DNA of 62,982 nt, taken from IMG/VR virus record IMGVR_UViG_3300042924_002983, positions 1-62,982 of that record. The stretch is one strand, 5' to 3'. How positions within the stretch are numbered: the stretch's first letter is position 1; the number at the start of each line of letters is the position of its first letter. This DNA is from a virus. Its lineage: Duplodnaviria; Caudoviricetes. The notes under the pieces were generated by a model. That model did no database searches. It was not told the DNA's origin and saw only the letters and a list, made by a program, of their open reading frames with translations. A program made the translations under genes and the position numbers. Positions 18,223 through 28,659 of this stretch are shown piece by piece.

Positions 18223-21200
18223 TGCCAAAAACGCGGAGCAAGATGGGTAGTTTGTCACGTTCGCAGCATGCCGAGGTTGCTTGGTGCACGGAGGACATCC
18301 AAGACCGGCGACCAGACTGGTCGGCTAAGAGATGTTTTGCGTTCCTTATGAATAACGAGGATGAGATTCAATGCGAGATGATCGAACGTGGATGGGAAGT
18401 TATCAACAACCTTTTGGCAAGGGAGGAATGATGGCACATACACCAGGGCCGTGGGGCATTGTATTTCACTGTGATGTCGAACGCATCCGGCTGAACGGAT
18501 CGACGGTCTACCAAGTGAGCGATGTGACTGACCCGGAGTTCCCATCCGGCACGCCCCGCTACAACTTGGATGACCTGCGATTGATGGCGGCAGCACCTGA
18601 GATGTTGGCCACGCTGCGAATAGCGGCAGATGCACTGGACTACGCACAGGCACAGGTCGATTCGGAGAACGATGCACACAACCTACGTGTACGGTTGGTG
18701 CAGGTAAAGCGAGTGATTGCCAAAGCAGAAGGGAGGGGTGAGTGATGCCCGCAGTGCATATGAGTGAGCATGAGGCCCGCGTTCACATGATCTCGTTACT
18801 GAACCACATGGATGTTGATGGATTGGCGTTGGCCTTAAGCGAGAGCTACCTATTTGAGGACAGGCCGGTGGTGGTGAAGGGGGCGAAGATCGAAAGCTAC
18901 GCCTACCTCAACGGCATGTCTGGCGGCGATAGGCGCGGCGATGTGTACGCATTCGACGGGCTTGCGGACGAGGAGTAGGTTCCTTAACAAGGAGGACAGG
19001 GATGTCTATGCTGGACGTTTGGAAAGACGAGACGATTGAGACTGCCATTCGCCTGTTGGTCAACGCCGAGCGGTTGTTGGAACCGTTCCGTGACCAGGAG
19101 GGTGACTGGGGTAGGGTGTACGAACAGATCCATAAGTTCTTAAAGGAGGAGTGCTGATGGCTTGGCGAATGAACACACCGCCGGACTACGATGGTGGCCC
19201 TCTCAGAGACAGCGACTGGGGCGTGGTCTACAGGGATGAGACTGAACCTACGCTGCCTGAGTACGTCTGCATCTTCTGGCGGGTGCGCGGGGAGGTAGCT
19301 TATGTACGCGGAGGACTGAACTCTTTCTGCCCGTCCACCGCAAAGCCCGCGGATGCGGTGAAGATAGCGATAAAGAAATCCAAGGACTACACCGACACTG
19401 CCACAGACAACATCGTCTGGTGGGGTGTACTGAGAAACAAATAGGAGGAGTGCTGATGAACAAGCTGGCTGACAAGCCGCTGTATGACACGCCGATTGAC
19501 ATGCTGCGGCACATCGTTGAATCGTTCAACAGCTGCAAAGAATCCTTTATGGATGACAAGACGATCCCGCAGTTGATGAACATCTACAACTGCTGGATGC
19601 GTAGTGGCTGGGACTTCTACCCAGACCAGTGGTCACCCAAGCAGGTGAAGGAAGCAATGGATGGGATCGTTCCTGACTGGGACCGCAAAGAGCAGCCGGT
19701 CTTTCACAAGGATCGCAGTGAGACGCGGTTCATTGGGGCGTTTGAGATTATCTGGAAAGGAGAACGCTGATGGTGGCTAAGAGCAGCAAGCGGACACACA
19801 TAATCAACCTGCCTTGCATCGGGATCTGGAGTCGGACGGCTTCGACAGATCCCAGCCCAGGCAACACTCTGGTCGGACTGTGGATTGAGGACAACGGCAA
19901 TCAGAGCATCAGGTTTTTCTGCGCCTACTTCTGCAATGCGGCAGGCGAAGGCGTTGACCCTGACGAGGAGGACTGGACGCACATCACATACCACTGCCGC
20001 CAAGCGGGGGTGGGCAGGGCGTGGCAAGGAGAGATTGAACCGCCCGATTACTGGGCCGAGGCACGGTGGCTTATACCCGAGTGGGGAGGTGAGTGATGAC
20101 GAACGAGAGGTACGCCAAGGCGCTCGCCCGGGTGGAGCGGTCGCCCCGCCTGCGGAAGTACAAGTCCATCGTTATGCAGGACTATGGTGGCAGGCATTGG
20201 GAGTGGGTGACCTATGCCCAGGTGAAAGAGATTGAGTCTTGGGCCAAGCAGATAAAGGAGGACAGTGATGGCTAAGAAGAAAGCAAAGACCAAGCACACG
20301 CGGCAGGACGATGAGGCGGTGACGTTCCTGAGCTACGTGAAGAAGCAGGCACCCAACCTGTACGAACGGTACGCATCGCTTCAGCCCTTTGAGGATGTGA
20401 TCAACGAGTGCTGGGTGAATACCGAAGATGGGTATGTGGGCATCGGGATTGAAACCGGCGCTGGCGTGTGGGCTAGTGGCGACAGGCCGATGTACTACGC
20501 GGAGATCCACTTCGATGAGGTGGTTCTTCAGTTCGACATTGAGTCCGAGGACGAGACGTTCCGCGAGAGCTACTCCACCGACATGGCTGGGCTGTGGTCT
20601 TTCCTGCGTCAGATCCCCAGGCCGATGCATTCCTTCGGTAAGTGGAGGCCCAACTGATGGCTGACGTTGCGGAAGTAAGGGCTGACATCTCAGAGATGCT
20701 GCGTGCCATTCGTATCAACGGGTGCGTGCCAGTTATGCGTGAGGCTTTGCTGTGGTGGCAGTCGTACCTCATTGCCCACCAAGAGAGCGGCCTGTCGGCT
20801 GTAGATAAGCAGGGCTACGAGGTTCTGTATAAGCAGCTGAAGTTCTTGTTGACCGAGGTGTTCCCCGATGAGGAGGGCGGTGATGGACAAGCTAGTTGAG
20901 TTGCGGGATGGGCTGCAGGAATACTCATGCACCTGCATCGCCAATGCGTATGCAGAGATGGGGCAGTACGGTGCTGAGTGGGGAGCGATCAAACATCTGT
21001 ACCTCGTACTGTGTGCGTGGGATGTTCTGGATCGGGAAGTAACCAGGCTAGCGGAGGAGGAGTGATGCGAGACATGTCCAATGACCTGCGGATTGTGCAG
21101 TGGTTTCTGGATCTCCCCAAGTTGCAGGAGATTATGGGCTGGCCGGTCGGTGCCGAGCGTCTTGTCGCCAGTGGGCAGGACATCCATCGCCTGTCCAAGC

Positions 21201-22470
21201 AGGAGCCTGGTGATCCCGTGGCAATAGCCGCGGCGTGGAACAGTCTCGGCGGTGCGCTTGGCCCCAACCTACTGGGCACGCTGATGTCCTGCGATCACTG
21301 GCGGGAGCTTGTGCCCCCGGTGTCTGGCCCAAGCAGCGATGACGAGGAAACTGTGTGGACGGGTGGCGGCAAGAGCGTGGTGGCCCGCTTGGTCTATGAC
21401 AACGGGCGACCGATCAATGTTGTCTTTGAAGTTCGATAGGAGCAACAATGTACAAGGATGTACTGAACGTGCTGCATGTTCTGGCTACCGCTATACTTAT
21501 GTTGTTGGCGGGCCAGTTGAAGGAGATGTGTGTGAAGATACTGGGAGGTGAGTGATGGCTTGGCAACAGATGCCCGCCGATGCAGGGCAGATCGTTGATG
21601 TGCGGTACGACTGCGACTGGGAGACACGCACACTGTACAAGCGTGTTGCCGACCGCAACGAGGGCAGTGTTGAACTGCTGCTTGGACGGATCGTTGACGG
21701 TGAGGATAGGTACGAACCACAGAATGGCGTACTGCCAAAGGTGGAGCGGTGGATTTCAGAGGGAGGTGAGTGATGGCTAAGACATGGGAGTACCGTGGCC
21801 GCGTCATCGAAGAGGACTTTGAATCTTGGGCTGACCCAGGCCGGATGAGGAAGACTCGCACCGGATACATCATCCGCGCAGCAGGCTTTGCCAAGCGTTC
21901 TGTTTACGTTCCGGGAAAGTATCGCACGCTGGTCGAAGCCAAGCGTGCAGTGGATGAAGTCCTTGAAGGAGGGTTTTGGTAATGGCGTTCGCTAAGTACA
22001 GATACATTGCTTTCGACTACGAAGAGGGGCATGCCTACCCGTATGTCTGCACTGCATGGCGCATGGTGGGTGGGATGAATGTCGGGGATCGGTTCACTGA
22101 GCAGGTCGGAGAGGTGATCATCGAAGCCCTGCGTGAGGATGGCATTACGATTGATGTCACGCAGTCTAAACCCGAGGAGGTGAAGTGATGGCTAAGATGC
22201 TGTGCGAGTGCAAGGCTGGTCAGTTCCAAGGCGAGCCTATCGATGAGCAGTTCGCTGCGTTCGATGCACTCGCTCGTCAGTGCGGGTATGCGTCTGGCAT
22301 AGCTGCCGCGAATGAGTGTGTGCTGTGGGGGGATACGGTCGAACAGGCCGTTGCGTTTATGTCCAAGCAACTGGAGGTGAGTGATGGTCGCAATGAGTGA
22401 GACGATGGACTTTCTGATCGGTGGCACCGGGGTGCTGCTGCTGTTGTGGTGGGGTTCTTGGAGGCACTGA
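18222..22470 (+). other. Array of about 18 small coupled hypothetical genes (starts about 18222, 18431, 18745, 19002, 19157, 19456, 19770, 20096, 20268, 20657, 20883, 21065, 21448, 21555, 21773, 21982, 22188, 22384)
   Basis: Contiguous ORFs with GGAGG Shine-Dalgarno sequences and TGATG overlaps. Confidence 0.8.
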
Positions 22471-22472
22471 CC

Positions 22473-23246
22473 ATGCTGTACGGATATGCCCGTGTTTCTA
22501 CGGACAAGCAAGAGAACTCAGCCGATGCCCAGGCTATCCGGCTTAGGGCATACGCTGAGCAGTCGGGCTTGGAGTTTGGAGGCGTGTTCGTAGACGAGGA
22601 TCAGTCGGCATTCCACATTCCATGGCACCAGCGCAGGCAAGGCAGGGCGCTGTGGGACAAGCTCAAGGCCGGGGATGCGGTGGCGTTCTGCACGTTCGAC
22701 CGAGTGTTCCGTTCGGTGCTGGATGCTGCGGTCACTTTAGACAAGTGCAAGGCGCTTGGCGTTCAGCTGCGGTTCCTAGACAACAGCATCGATGTGATGA
22801 CAAGCGAAGGCGAGTTGACGTTCAACGTCCGGTCTTGCGTTGCCCAGTTTGAAAGTCAGATCAGAGGCCAGCGGCAGCGGGAGATCCAGTCCTACCTGCG
22901 CGCAGCCGGTCGCCCGTACGGGAAGTTCCGTCCGTACGGATGGGTGGCCAAGGACAAAGCGTTCGTTGTCTACCGTCCCGAGCGGGAGATCGGTGACATG
23001 GTTGTGGCCATGCGCAAGGCAGGCCGGTCCTTCACGGACATCTGCCTGCACCTGTGCAAGAAGGAACTGCGCAAGCCACCCAACAAGAAGGGTGTCATGG
23101 GGTACTACGGCCTGACAGACACAGTTGCTCTGCATCGGGCAGCGTCAGCTGGATACCCAAGGATCCGGCCAAGACTTTCGCAAGCGCAGTGGCGCGACGA
23201 GATGCAGCGCGTAGAGAAATCTCATGCGACTCAGCCAGCGCTCTGA
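22473..23246 (+). CDS. Serine recombinase (resolvase/invertase catalytic domain plus PYG-containing extension)
   Basis: YGYARVST..Q, FDRVFRS, AQFES, RPYGW. Confidence 0.9.
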   Translation: MLYGYARVSTDKQENSADAQAIRLRAYAEQSGLEFGGVFVDEDQSAFHIPWHQRRQGRALWDKLKAGDAVAFCTFDRVFRSVLDAAVTLDKCKALGVQLRFLDNSIDVMTSEGELTFNVRSCVAQFESQIRGQRQREIQSYLRAAGRPYGKFRPYGWVAKDKAFVVYRPEREIGDMVVAMRKAGRSFTDICLHLCKKELRKPPNKKGVMGYYGLTDTVALHRAASAGYPRIRPRLSQAQWRDEMQRVEKSHATQPAL

Positions 23247-23661
23247 GTGTCTTGCCGTTGATGAACCTGTCGGTGGCTAGCTCCTGCTCCCACTCTGGGA
23301 GATCAGCGATTGCCAGCCGGATGTGGTCAACGTGATCGAACTCTGGCAGCAGGTCAGCCGCCTCCTCCAGCGTGATGCGGATCTCCCCTGGCTGGCGGGC
23401 TAGCTTCTTAATCGCCTTGTACATGGCGTTGAGTACAGCCCTGGCGAAGTATGCCTTGGGGTAGGGCAGTCTCTTAGGGTCATAGGTTCGGGCAGCTTTG
23501 ACCAGCGCCAGATACCCTTCGCTTTGCAGGTCTTCGACCAGCACAGACCGCTGCCAACCGGGCCGGTTCTGCAGGAAATACTTTGCGAGTATGGCCGCGA
23601 GCGGCATGTACTCAACGACCAGGCGTTGACGCTTGGCTGAGAGCTTCAATCGTTTTGTCAT
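23095..23661 (-). CDS. Sigma-70 family RNA polymerase sigma factor
   Basis: EDLQSEGYLALVKAARTYDP (region 2); LPEWEQ...TLRALA...IS (region 4). Confidence 0.85.
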   Translation of the reverse strand: MTKRLKLSAKRQRLVVEYMPLAAILAKYFLQNRPGWQRSVLVEDLQSEGYLALVKAARTYDPKRLPYPKAYFARAVLNAMYKAIKKLARQPGEIRITLEEAADLLPEFDHVDHIRLAIADLPEWEQELATDRFINGKTLRALAESHEISLRAASRRATALAKVLAGSLGIQLTLPDAEQLCLSGRSTP

Positions 23662-23839
23662 GCGCGTTCAGACGAACCTCATGTTCCTCAATGGTCTGGC
23701 GCAGTTCGTCTAGCATGCGCGGCAATGACTCCACGCTACTGGCAATGACCGCAACCTTGGCATGCAGGCTGAATGCCCACGGGACTACCGCTGCGGCAAC
23801 CGAAATGCCCAGCATCCACAACTCTGTCTCAGGCGACAT
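23612..23839 (-). CDS. Small membrane/coiled-coil protein (holin-like)
   Basis: N-terminal hydrophobic helix followed by coiled coil. Confidence 0.55.
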   Translation of the reverse strand: MSPETELWMLGISVAAAVVPWAFSLHAKVAVIASSVESLPRMLDELRQTIEEHEVRLNAHDKTIEALSQASTPGR

Positions 23840-23983
23840 CTGTTCCCCTCACCATGGCGATTAACATGAGTCCCGCGTACGGGTGTAGCTGCCCTTCCTC
23901 AACGTGGAGTTTGATCATCCGCGTTGCTTTGAAGGCGTCGGCTTCGGGGTATCTGTACATGTGGGTGTGCCCGTTGTATCGGG

Positions 23984-24298
23984 CTAAGACTTCAAAGCTG
24001 AGTTCGCTTCCAGTCTCAGGTGCTCTAGGCTTGTTGGGTGTTCGCTGAAAATCCATTTGGCTAGCCATGCACTGATGAGGTTGATGATGATGGGGAGGAC
24101 GATCAGCAGCAGGACCGATCCGCATTCCTGGTGACGGGCGCGGAACTCACTGCGGATCTGCTTCTTCCATGCGCGCTTGTCGGGATTGGCAGTGGCGATT
24201 GCGATCAGCGCCACCTCCTCGCCGTGCTTGGACATGCGAGCAGCACCAGTCTCTTCCGCACACCGCAATGCTATTTGCTGGGCAAGCATGTCTTGCAT
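23984..24298 (-). CDS. Membrane protein
   Basis: VLLLIVLPIIINLISAWLAKWIF helix. Confidence 0.65.
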   Translation of the reverse strand: MQDMLAQQIALRCAEETGAARMSKHGEEVALIAIATANPDKRAWKKQIRSEFRARHQECGSVLLLIVLPIIINLISAWLAKWIFSEHPTSLEHLRLEANSALKS

Positions 24299-24522
24299 TC
24301 CTTAGAGGGGACAAGCACAGACTTGGTCTTACATGCGCACCCAGGCGGGCACGCGCAGTCGGTCACATGCCCATCGCCGTGCGTGATCTTGCCGTTCTTG
24401 CACAGCCCGCAGCACTTGGACTTGGGTGCAACGTAGGTGGTGACAACGTACGCTGCCTCCACTGCTACCCGCTCAGGGAATGTGGGCACAGGGAACAGCA
24501 GCGAGAAGATGAGACTGATCAT
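24271..24522 (-). CDS. Small Cys-rich exported protein
   Basis: Hydrophobic N-terminus; CCGLC..G...GDG....C.C...C.C. Confidence 0.65.
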   Translation of the reverse strand: MISLIFSLLFPVPTFPERVAVEAAYVVTTYVAPKSKCCGLCKNGKITHGDGHVTDCACPPGCACKTKSVLVPSKECKTCLPSK

Positions 24523-25466
24523 GTTTGCAGTAGTCCGATGGTGCCGTAGTCGGGCAGCTTCTGAGGGGGGAAGCCATCCACATTGCCGTAGGCGTAGCAG
24601 TCGCCGCCGCGGATGCAGACCTCCCAGTCTTCAGCCTTGGTGACGATCATCCCTGGCACCCACGGTGGCAGGTAGGTTGGCCATTCTTTGGGAGGCTGGT
24701 TCCACGCACCCCAGGAATTCTGGATGAAGAACACATCGAACGGCCAGAACTTGCGAGTGAAGTCCATGCCGACCGTGGCCATCGCGTGCGACCAGCCTCC
24801 TGCCGTGCGCGGATGGATGTGGTCTTTGCTGGGGTGCTGCGACCAAGAGGCGAACTGCCCCGATGCTATCGCGTATCCGTTGAACAAGGCATCGACCGCA
24901 TCGCTCATCCGGGTCAGCTGGCGGATGACACCGACCTTATTGCTGCGGCACAGGGACTTCACTTCTTCCGGCACACCGCCACTGCCCCACCGCGTACCGA
25001 TGCTGCTGTTGTATTTCGCAAGATCAACCGCGTCGTATTTCTTACGCAACAAGAAGCCAGTTTCGTTGACGAACATCGCCGCGCGGGCCGGGGACATGCC
25101 TTCTCCCGCGTGCCCACGCGCACCGTACGTAGGTTCCGTTGCGCTTCGGACGACAAAACTTTCCGGCCGGTTCTCAATGCAGATTTGCGTGGCCCTGGTC
25201 GTATCGATAGCGTTGCGCGAGCAGTGGGAAGTGCAGTCGCCAGTCGTCTGAACCTCAGTGAAAGACAGGGGGTCTAGCTTCTGCGTGTACGCCCACAGAG
25301 CGGCACGCTGGCCTTCCCCGCTGCCCATTGTGTTCGGCTCATAATAAACCGACTGCCTCTGGGATTCACCAAACAGGCCACGCTCACGCGCACTGTCGAT
25401 GTAGCCCTGCAGCCCAGCATCGTACGCCGCTAGCGGCTGGAACACGTTGTCTTTTTCGTCAGCCAC
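24519..25466 (-). CDS. Papain-like (C1) cysteine peptidase
   Basis: Q..GDC (oxyanion Q, catalytic C), HAM..VG, QNSWG..W. Confidence 0.85.
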   Translation of the reverse strand: MADEKDNVFQPLAAYDAGLQGYIDSARERGLFGESQRQSVYYEPNTMGSGEGQRAALWAYTQKLDPLSFTEVQTTGDCTSHCSRNAIDTTRATQICIENRPESFVVRSATEPTYGARGHAGEGMSPARAAMFVNETGFLLRKKYDAVDLAKYNSSIGTRWGSGGVPEEVKSLCRSNKVGVIRQLTRMSDAVDALFNGYAIASGQFASWSQHPSKDHIHPRTAGGWSHAMATVGMDFTRKFWPFDVFFIQNSWGAWNQPPKEWPTYLPPWVPGMIVTKAEDWEVCIRGGDCYAYGNVDGFPPQKLPDYGTIGLLQT

Positions 25467-26112
25467 AGCATGCCTCCTGAGAAGTAGCTCTCAGATAGTT
25501 TGCTGCCATTTCCAAGACAGCAGGATTGTCCTTCGCACTGCCGAGCAGCCGGTTGCACAGGTTGCAGAGTGTGCCTCGCACTACACCAGTAGCGTGGCAG
25601 TGATCGATGTTGCGTTCACTTGCGTTAGAGAAAGCCGCTCCGCATATGTCGCAGGCTTCTACGCTGCACATGTCTCGCACTTCTTCCAATGTCAGTGCAT
25701 AGGTGTGAGCGCGGTTGCGGATGCTTGTGCAGTCCTTGCATTCCTTTCGGATGCCGGACGCTCGCTTGGTTGCGCGAGGGAATTCCGATGCTGGCTTTTC
25801 CGCGCCGCAGTCGCTACAAACCTGGGACACAACAGACACTTCGTAATGCACGGCAGACTTGCGTGCATTTGTGCAGAGCTTGCACTCGCTTTGCAGGCCG
25901 CTGCTCTTGTGCTTTGCTCTGTTGAAATCGCTTGCCGACTTTCGCTGCTTGCAATTTCTGCACGTTTGCTCTGTCACGTTTACGCAAATGTTCTTGGCAG
26001 CCGACTTGTAATTGCGACATCTTTTGCAAGACGGCTGGTAGCCATTGCGGCACGGGCTGTATTCAGTCAGCGGCTTTGTGATGCCGCAGACTGTGCAAGA
26101 CTTCTCACTCAC
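25459..26112 (-). CDS. Endonuclease VII-type HNH protein with three Zn-finger repeats (homing-like)
   Basis: IDHCHATGVVRGTLCNLCN.LLG..KD; three C..C...K...EF...CK.C repeats. Confidence 0.9.
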   Translation of the reverse strand: MSEKSCTVCGITKPLTEYSPCRNGYQPSCKRCRNYKSAAKNICVNVTEQTCRNCKQRKSASDFNRAKHKSSGLQSECKLCTNARKSAVHYEVSVVSQVCSDCGAEKPASEFPRATKRASGIRKECKDCTSIRNRAHTYALTLEEVRDMCSVEACDICGAAFSNASERNIDHCHATGVVRGTLCNLCNRLLGSAKDNPAVLEMAANYLRATSQEACCG

Positions 26113-26494
26113 TTTGTTTCGCCACCTCCCGGCATGCGGCTGCGATCTGGTTCACTAGCGAGGGGCTAAGTGGTGCATCATCCAGAGGGAACTTGTCGGC
26201 CATCACCTTCTCAACGGCAACGTCCAGGCCAGCGTACTTGCCGCGCATGTCAGCAGCGGCCAGCTTCAGCGTGTTGATGTGCAGCTGCCGCCACATACCC
26301 ACGGTGCTGATGAGGTTGCCGTTGTCCTTCTCGGTCACATCGGCAAGGGACAGGTAGATACCCTTGAGGTGCGAGCGGTCTGATCGGCTGGCCCCGGCCA
26401 TCGCAGTAGCGACTGGGCCTTCGGCTTTCTTGGGAGAGGGGATGAACGTCAGGGCGGCGACAACTATGGCGACGATCACTGGGATGTTCTTCAT
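26105..26494 (-). CDS. Exported/membrane-anchored protein
   Basis: MKNIPVIVAIVVAALTF signal-like N-terminus. Confidence 0.7.
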   Translation of the reverse strand: MKNIPVIVAIVVAALTFIPSPKKAEGPVATAMAGASRSDRSHLKGIYLSLADVTEKDNGNLISTVGMWRQLHINTLKLAAADMRGKYAGLDVAVEKVMADKFPLDDAPLSPSLVNQIAAACREVAKQSE

Positions 26495-26712
26495 GCCTTC
26501 ACCTTCAGCAGTGCTTGGAGGAGGGCGTTGCATGCGCTGACGACAGAGGCGTCTTCGCTCGCCTCCTTCACGGCGACGATGGATTCGATCTGCTTCATGA
26601 TCGACGGCTTGCCCTTGTTGCTGACAGGCAGCTTGATTGCATTGAGTGGGAGGTAGGTGAGTACCACTGCAACTGCCACCGCAACGAGGGCGAGAATCTG
26701 TACAGTCGTCAT
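26491..26712 (-). CDS. Small membrane protein
   Basis: N-terminal transmembrane helix. Confidence 0.7.
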   Translation of the reverse strand: MTTVQILALVAVAVAVVLTYLPLNAIKLPVSNKGKPSIMKQIESIVAVKEASEDASVVSACNALLQALLKVKA

Positions 26713-27650
26713 AGGATCTTGGCTCCCGGGATAAAGATCGTCACTCCATTAATGTTTGCCTGCATGGAGTAGGTCATCAGCTTGTGCGGATCGACTAGCC
26801 CCCAGCCGTAGACGTTGTCCCGGCCTTGCTCGCCAACGTCCTTGCATGTGGTGGACAGCGCCTTCATCACATCGGCATGGTTCACCGTGCGATCCAGCTT
26901 GTGCTGCGCCGAGATGTACAGCGCCAGTACACCGGAGACGAACGGCGCGGCCATGCTTGTCCCGCTCACCGTGGCGTAGCCATCGGACAACCATGTGCTG
27001 GTGATGTCCTGCCCTGGTGCGGCGACGGCAATCTCTTTCCCACGGCTGGAGAACTCACACGCTGCGCCGTGGCTATCGACTGCGCCAACAGCGACCGTCT
27101 CTTGGTAGGCGGCGGGGTAGTTCACAGACCCACCGTCGTTGCCTGCGGCGCACACCACCACAATGCCAGCAGCGTGAGCTTCACGCAGTGCGCTATGAAC
27201 ACCATCGTCCGTGCGACTGGAACCCAAGGACATGGAGATGATCTGCACCTTGGCTTCGATGGCATGACGCACAGCCTGCGCCACCCACTCGTTGCTTCCC
27301 ATCCCGCTGTGTCCAAGGACTTTGAGGGAGAGGATTCGGGAGGCGGGAGCGATGCCCTTAGCCAGCCCGCCGCGCGCAGCAATGATCCCGCTCACATGCG
27401 TACCGTGCCCAAGCGTGTCATGCGGGTCCGAGTCGGATGTGAAGTTGCGGTAGTCAACCACCGCCTCGTCCAAGGCATGGTGCTTGGCAACGCCACTGTC
27501 GATGACGGCCACCGTCACGCCTTCGCCCTGTGACTTCTGCCACAGAGAGGGGATCCCGTAAGAGCAGACACCCCAGTCCACTCCATGCTGGAGGGCGCGA
27601 GGGGCATCTAGGTTGACCCGATAGGGTGGGAGGTGGACGAACCCGCTCAC
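26709..27650 (-). CDS. Subtilisin-like (S8) serine peptidase
   Basis: VAVIDSG, HGTHVSG, AAGN, GTSMAAP.VSG catalytic motifs. Confidence 0.97.
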   Translation of the reverse strand: MSGFVHLPPYRVNLDAPRALQHGVDWGVCSYGIPSLWQKSQGEGVTVAVIDSGVAKHHALDEAVVDYRNFTSDSDPHDTLGHGTHVSGIIAARGGLAKGIAPASRILSLKVLGHSGMGSNEWVAQAVRHAIEAKVQIISMSLGSSRTDDGVHSALREAHAAGIVVVCAAGNDGGSVNYPAAYQETVAVGAVDSHGAACEFSSRGKEIAVAAPGQDITSTWLSDGYATVSGTSMAAPFVSGVLALYISAQHKLDRTVNHADVMKALSTTCKDVGEQGRDNVYGWGLVDPHKLMTYSMQANINGVTIFIPGAKIL

Positions 27651-28003
27651 TCTGCCTTGCCTGCAGCCAGTGCTTTAAGGATTGAGATGACGATGGGCAG
27701 GATCACATCGATGAGTAGCTTCCAGTCCACGCTCAGGGCGGCGCACTCAGCACCCGCCTCAAAGACCAGGGCTTCGTAGTCCTGCTCTTCGTACTCCGCG
27801 TCATGGAAGCGGTGCGTGGTCAGCGCCTTGGGGCCAACAGCCTGCGCCTCCAAGATCGGGATCAGCACCCGGGCAATCGAATCGACCAGCGCCCACTGCT
27901 CCCCGTAGGGGAGATCCTTGCGCCAAGCCTTGGCGATCTCTACCACCTTGACCAGCGCCGCTTGGTGGGCAAGCAGGAACTTAACTACCTTCAGATTGAC
28001 CAT
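27647..28003 (-). CDS. Membrane protein with C-terminal hydrophobic helix
   Basis: DWKLLIDVILPIVISILKAL. Confidence 0.7.
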   Translation of the reverse strand: MVNLKVVKFLLAHQAALVKVVEIAKAWRKDLPYGEQWALVDSIARVLIPILEAQAVGPKALTTHRFHDAEYEEQDYEALVFEAGAECAALSVDWKLLIDVILPIVISILKALAAGKAE

Positions 28004-28382
28004 GAGCCTCTCCCGTAGTGTCATTGATTGCGATTGCCACAATGGCGTGGCCCGCGATGTCGGCCAGCGTTTCCCTAATAGCTAGTGTCCGATCTGTGCC
28101 GATCATCCCCCGGAGGCGGCGGCACTTCTCCCCGATCCTGGCCAGCTGGTAGACCCACGGTTCGATACCGTCCTCTGCAACGCCTAGCGCGTTCTCTAGC
28201 GGGCTTTCCTCCGCACACCCGTAGTACCCCCGCTTCCTGCTCAGGAGCCGCCATAGCTCAACGCAGATGGGTAGGTAGGGGTCGTCGGGGGATACGGCCA
28301 GAGCCTCACCAAGTGCGCTCTCGGCAAGCCTTAACGAGTCGGCCGTATTCGGCCCAGAAACTGGGATGGTGGTAGGGGTCAT
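27981..28382 (-). CDS. DUF1599 / nucleotide-modification-associated domain-like protein
   Basis: K...YG...N...R..EK..RL...ETL.D.A.HA pattern. Confidence 0.6.
   Translation of the reverse strand: MTPTTIPVSGPNTADSLRLAESALGEALAVSPDDPYLPICVELWRLLSRKRGYYGCAEESPLENALGVAEDGIEPWVYQLARIGEKCRRLRGMIGTDRTLAIRETLADIAGHAIVAIAINDTTGEAHGQSEGS
28075..28090 (-). promoter_or_regulatory. Late-promoter motif upstream of the protease/membrane cassette
   Basis: GGACACTAGC-TAT-TAG, 15/16 identical to the portal copy. Confidence 0.6.
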
Positions 28383-28659
28383 CGTTATCAATCTCCTCCT
28401 CGTCCAACAGGAATGCGGTGCGGGCATGCGCCCACTCCTCGCAGAAAGTCTCAACCAGTGCGTCCCGATCCAGGCTGTCCCGCAGAGCGATCACCCCGCG
28501 GTCGGCGTCGTCGCTCAGCAGGAAATACCCCAGGTGATCCGGCATCTGTGCCGCCGACCTGACGCACACTCTGAGCGGGAACGTGCAGGGGAAGCGTTCC
28601 TCTGCCCACCTCTTCAGTTTGCGGGCCAGCGCCCGCCTCCAGCAGGAACTTCGGGGCAT
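28306..28659 (-). CDS. Metallopeptidase-like small protein (EEWAH variant of HExxH)
   Basis: ETFCEEWAHA...HH..FW. Confidence 0.45.
   Translation of the reverse strand: MPRSSCWRRALARKLKRWAEERFPCTFPLRVCVRSAAQMPDHLGYFLLSDDADRGVIALRDSLDRDALVETFCEEWAHARTAFLLDEEEIDNDDPYHHPSFWAEYGRLVKACRERTW

Noticed and set aside
15693-22386. CRISPR-like or attC-like array
   Set aside because: Repeats are 14 nt, non-palindromic and separated by whole genes; no cas gene or integron-integrase signature seen
13455-23246. Invertible segment controlled by the serine recombinase
   Set aside because: No flanking inverted repeats found by eye; orientation is explained by ordinary early/late organisation
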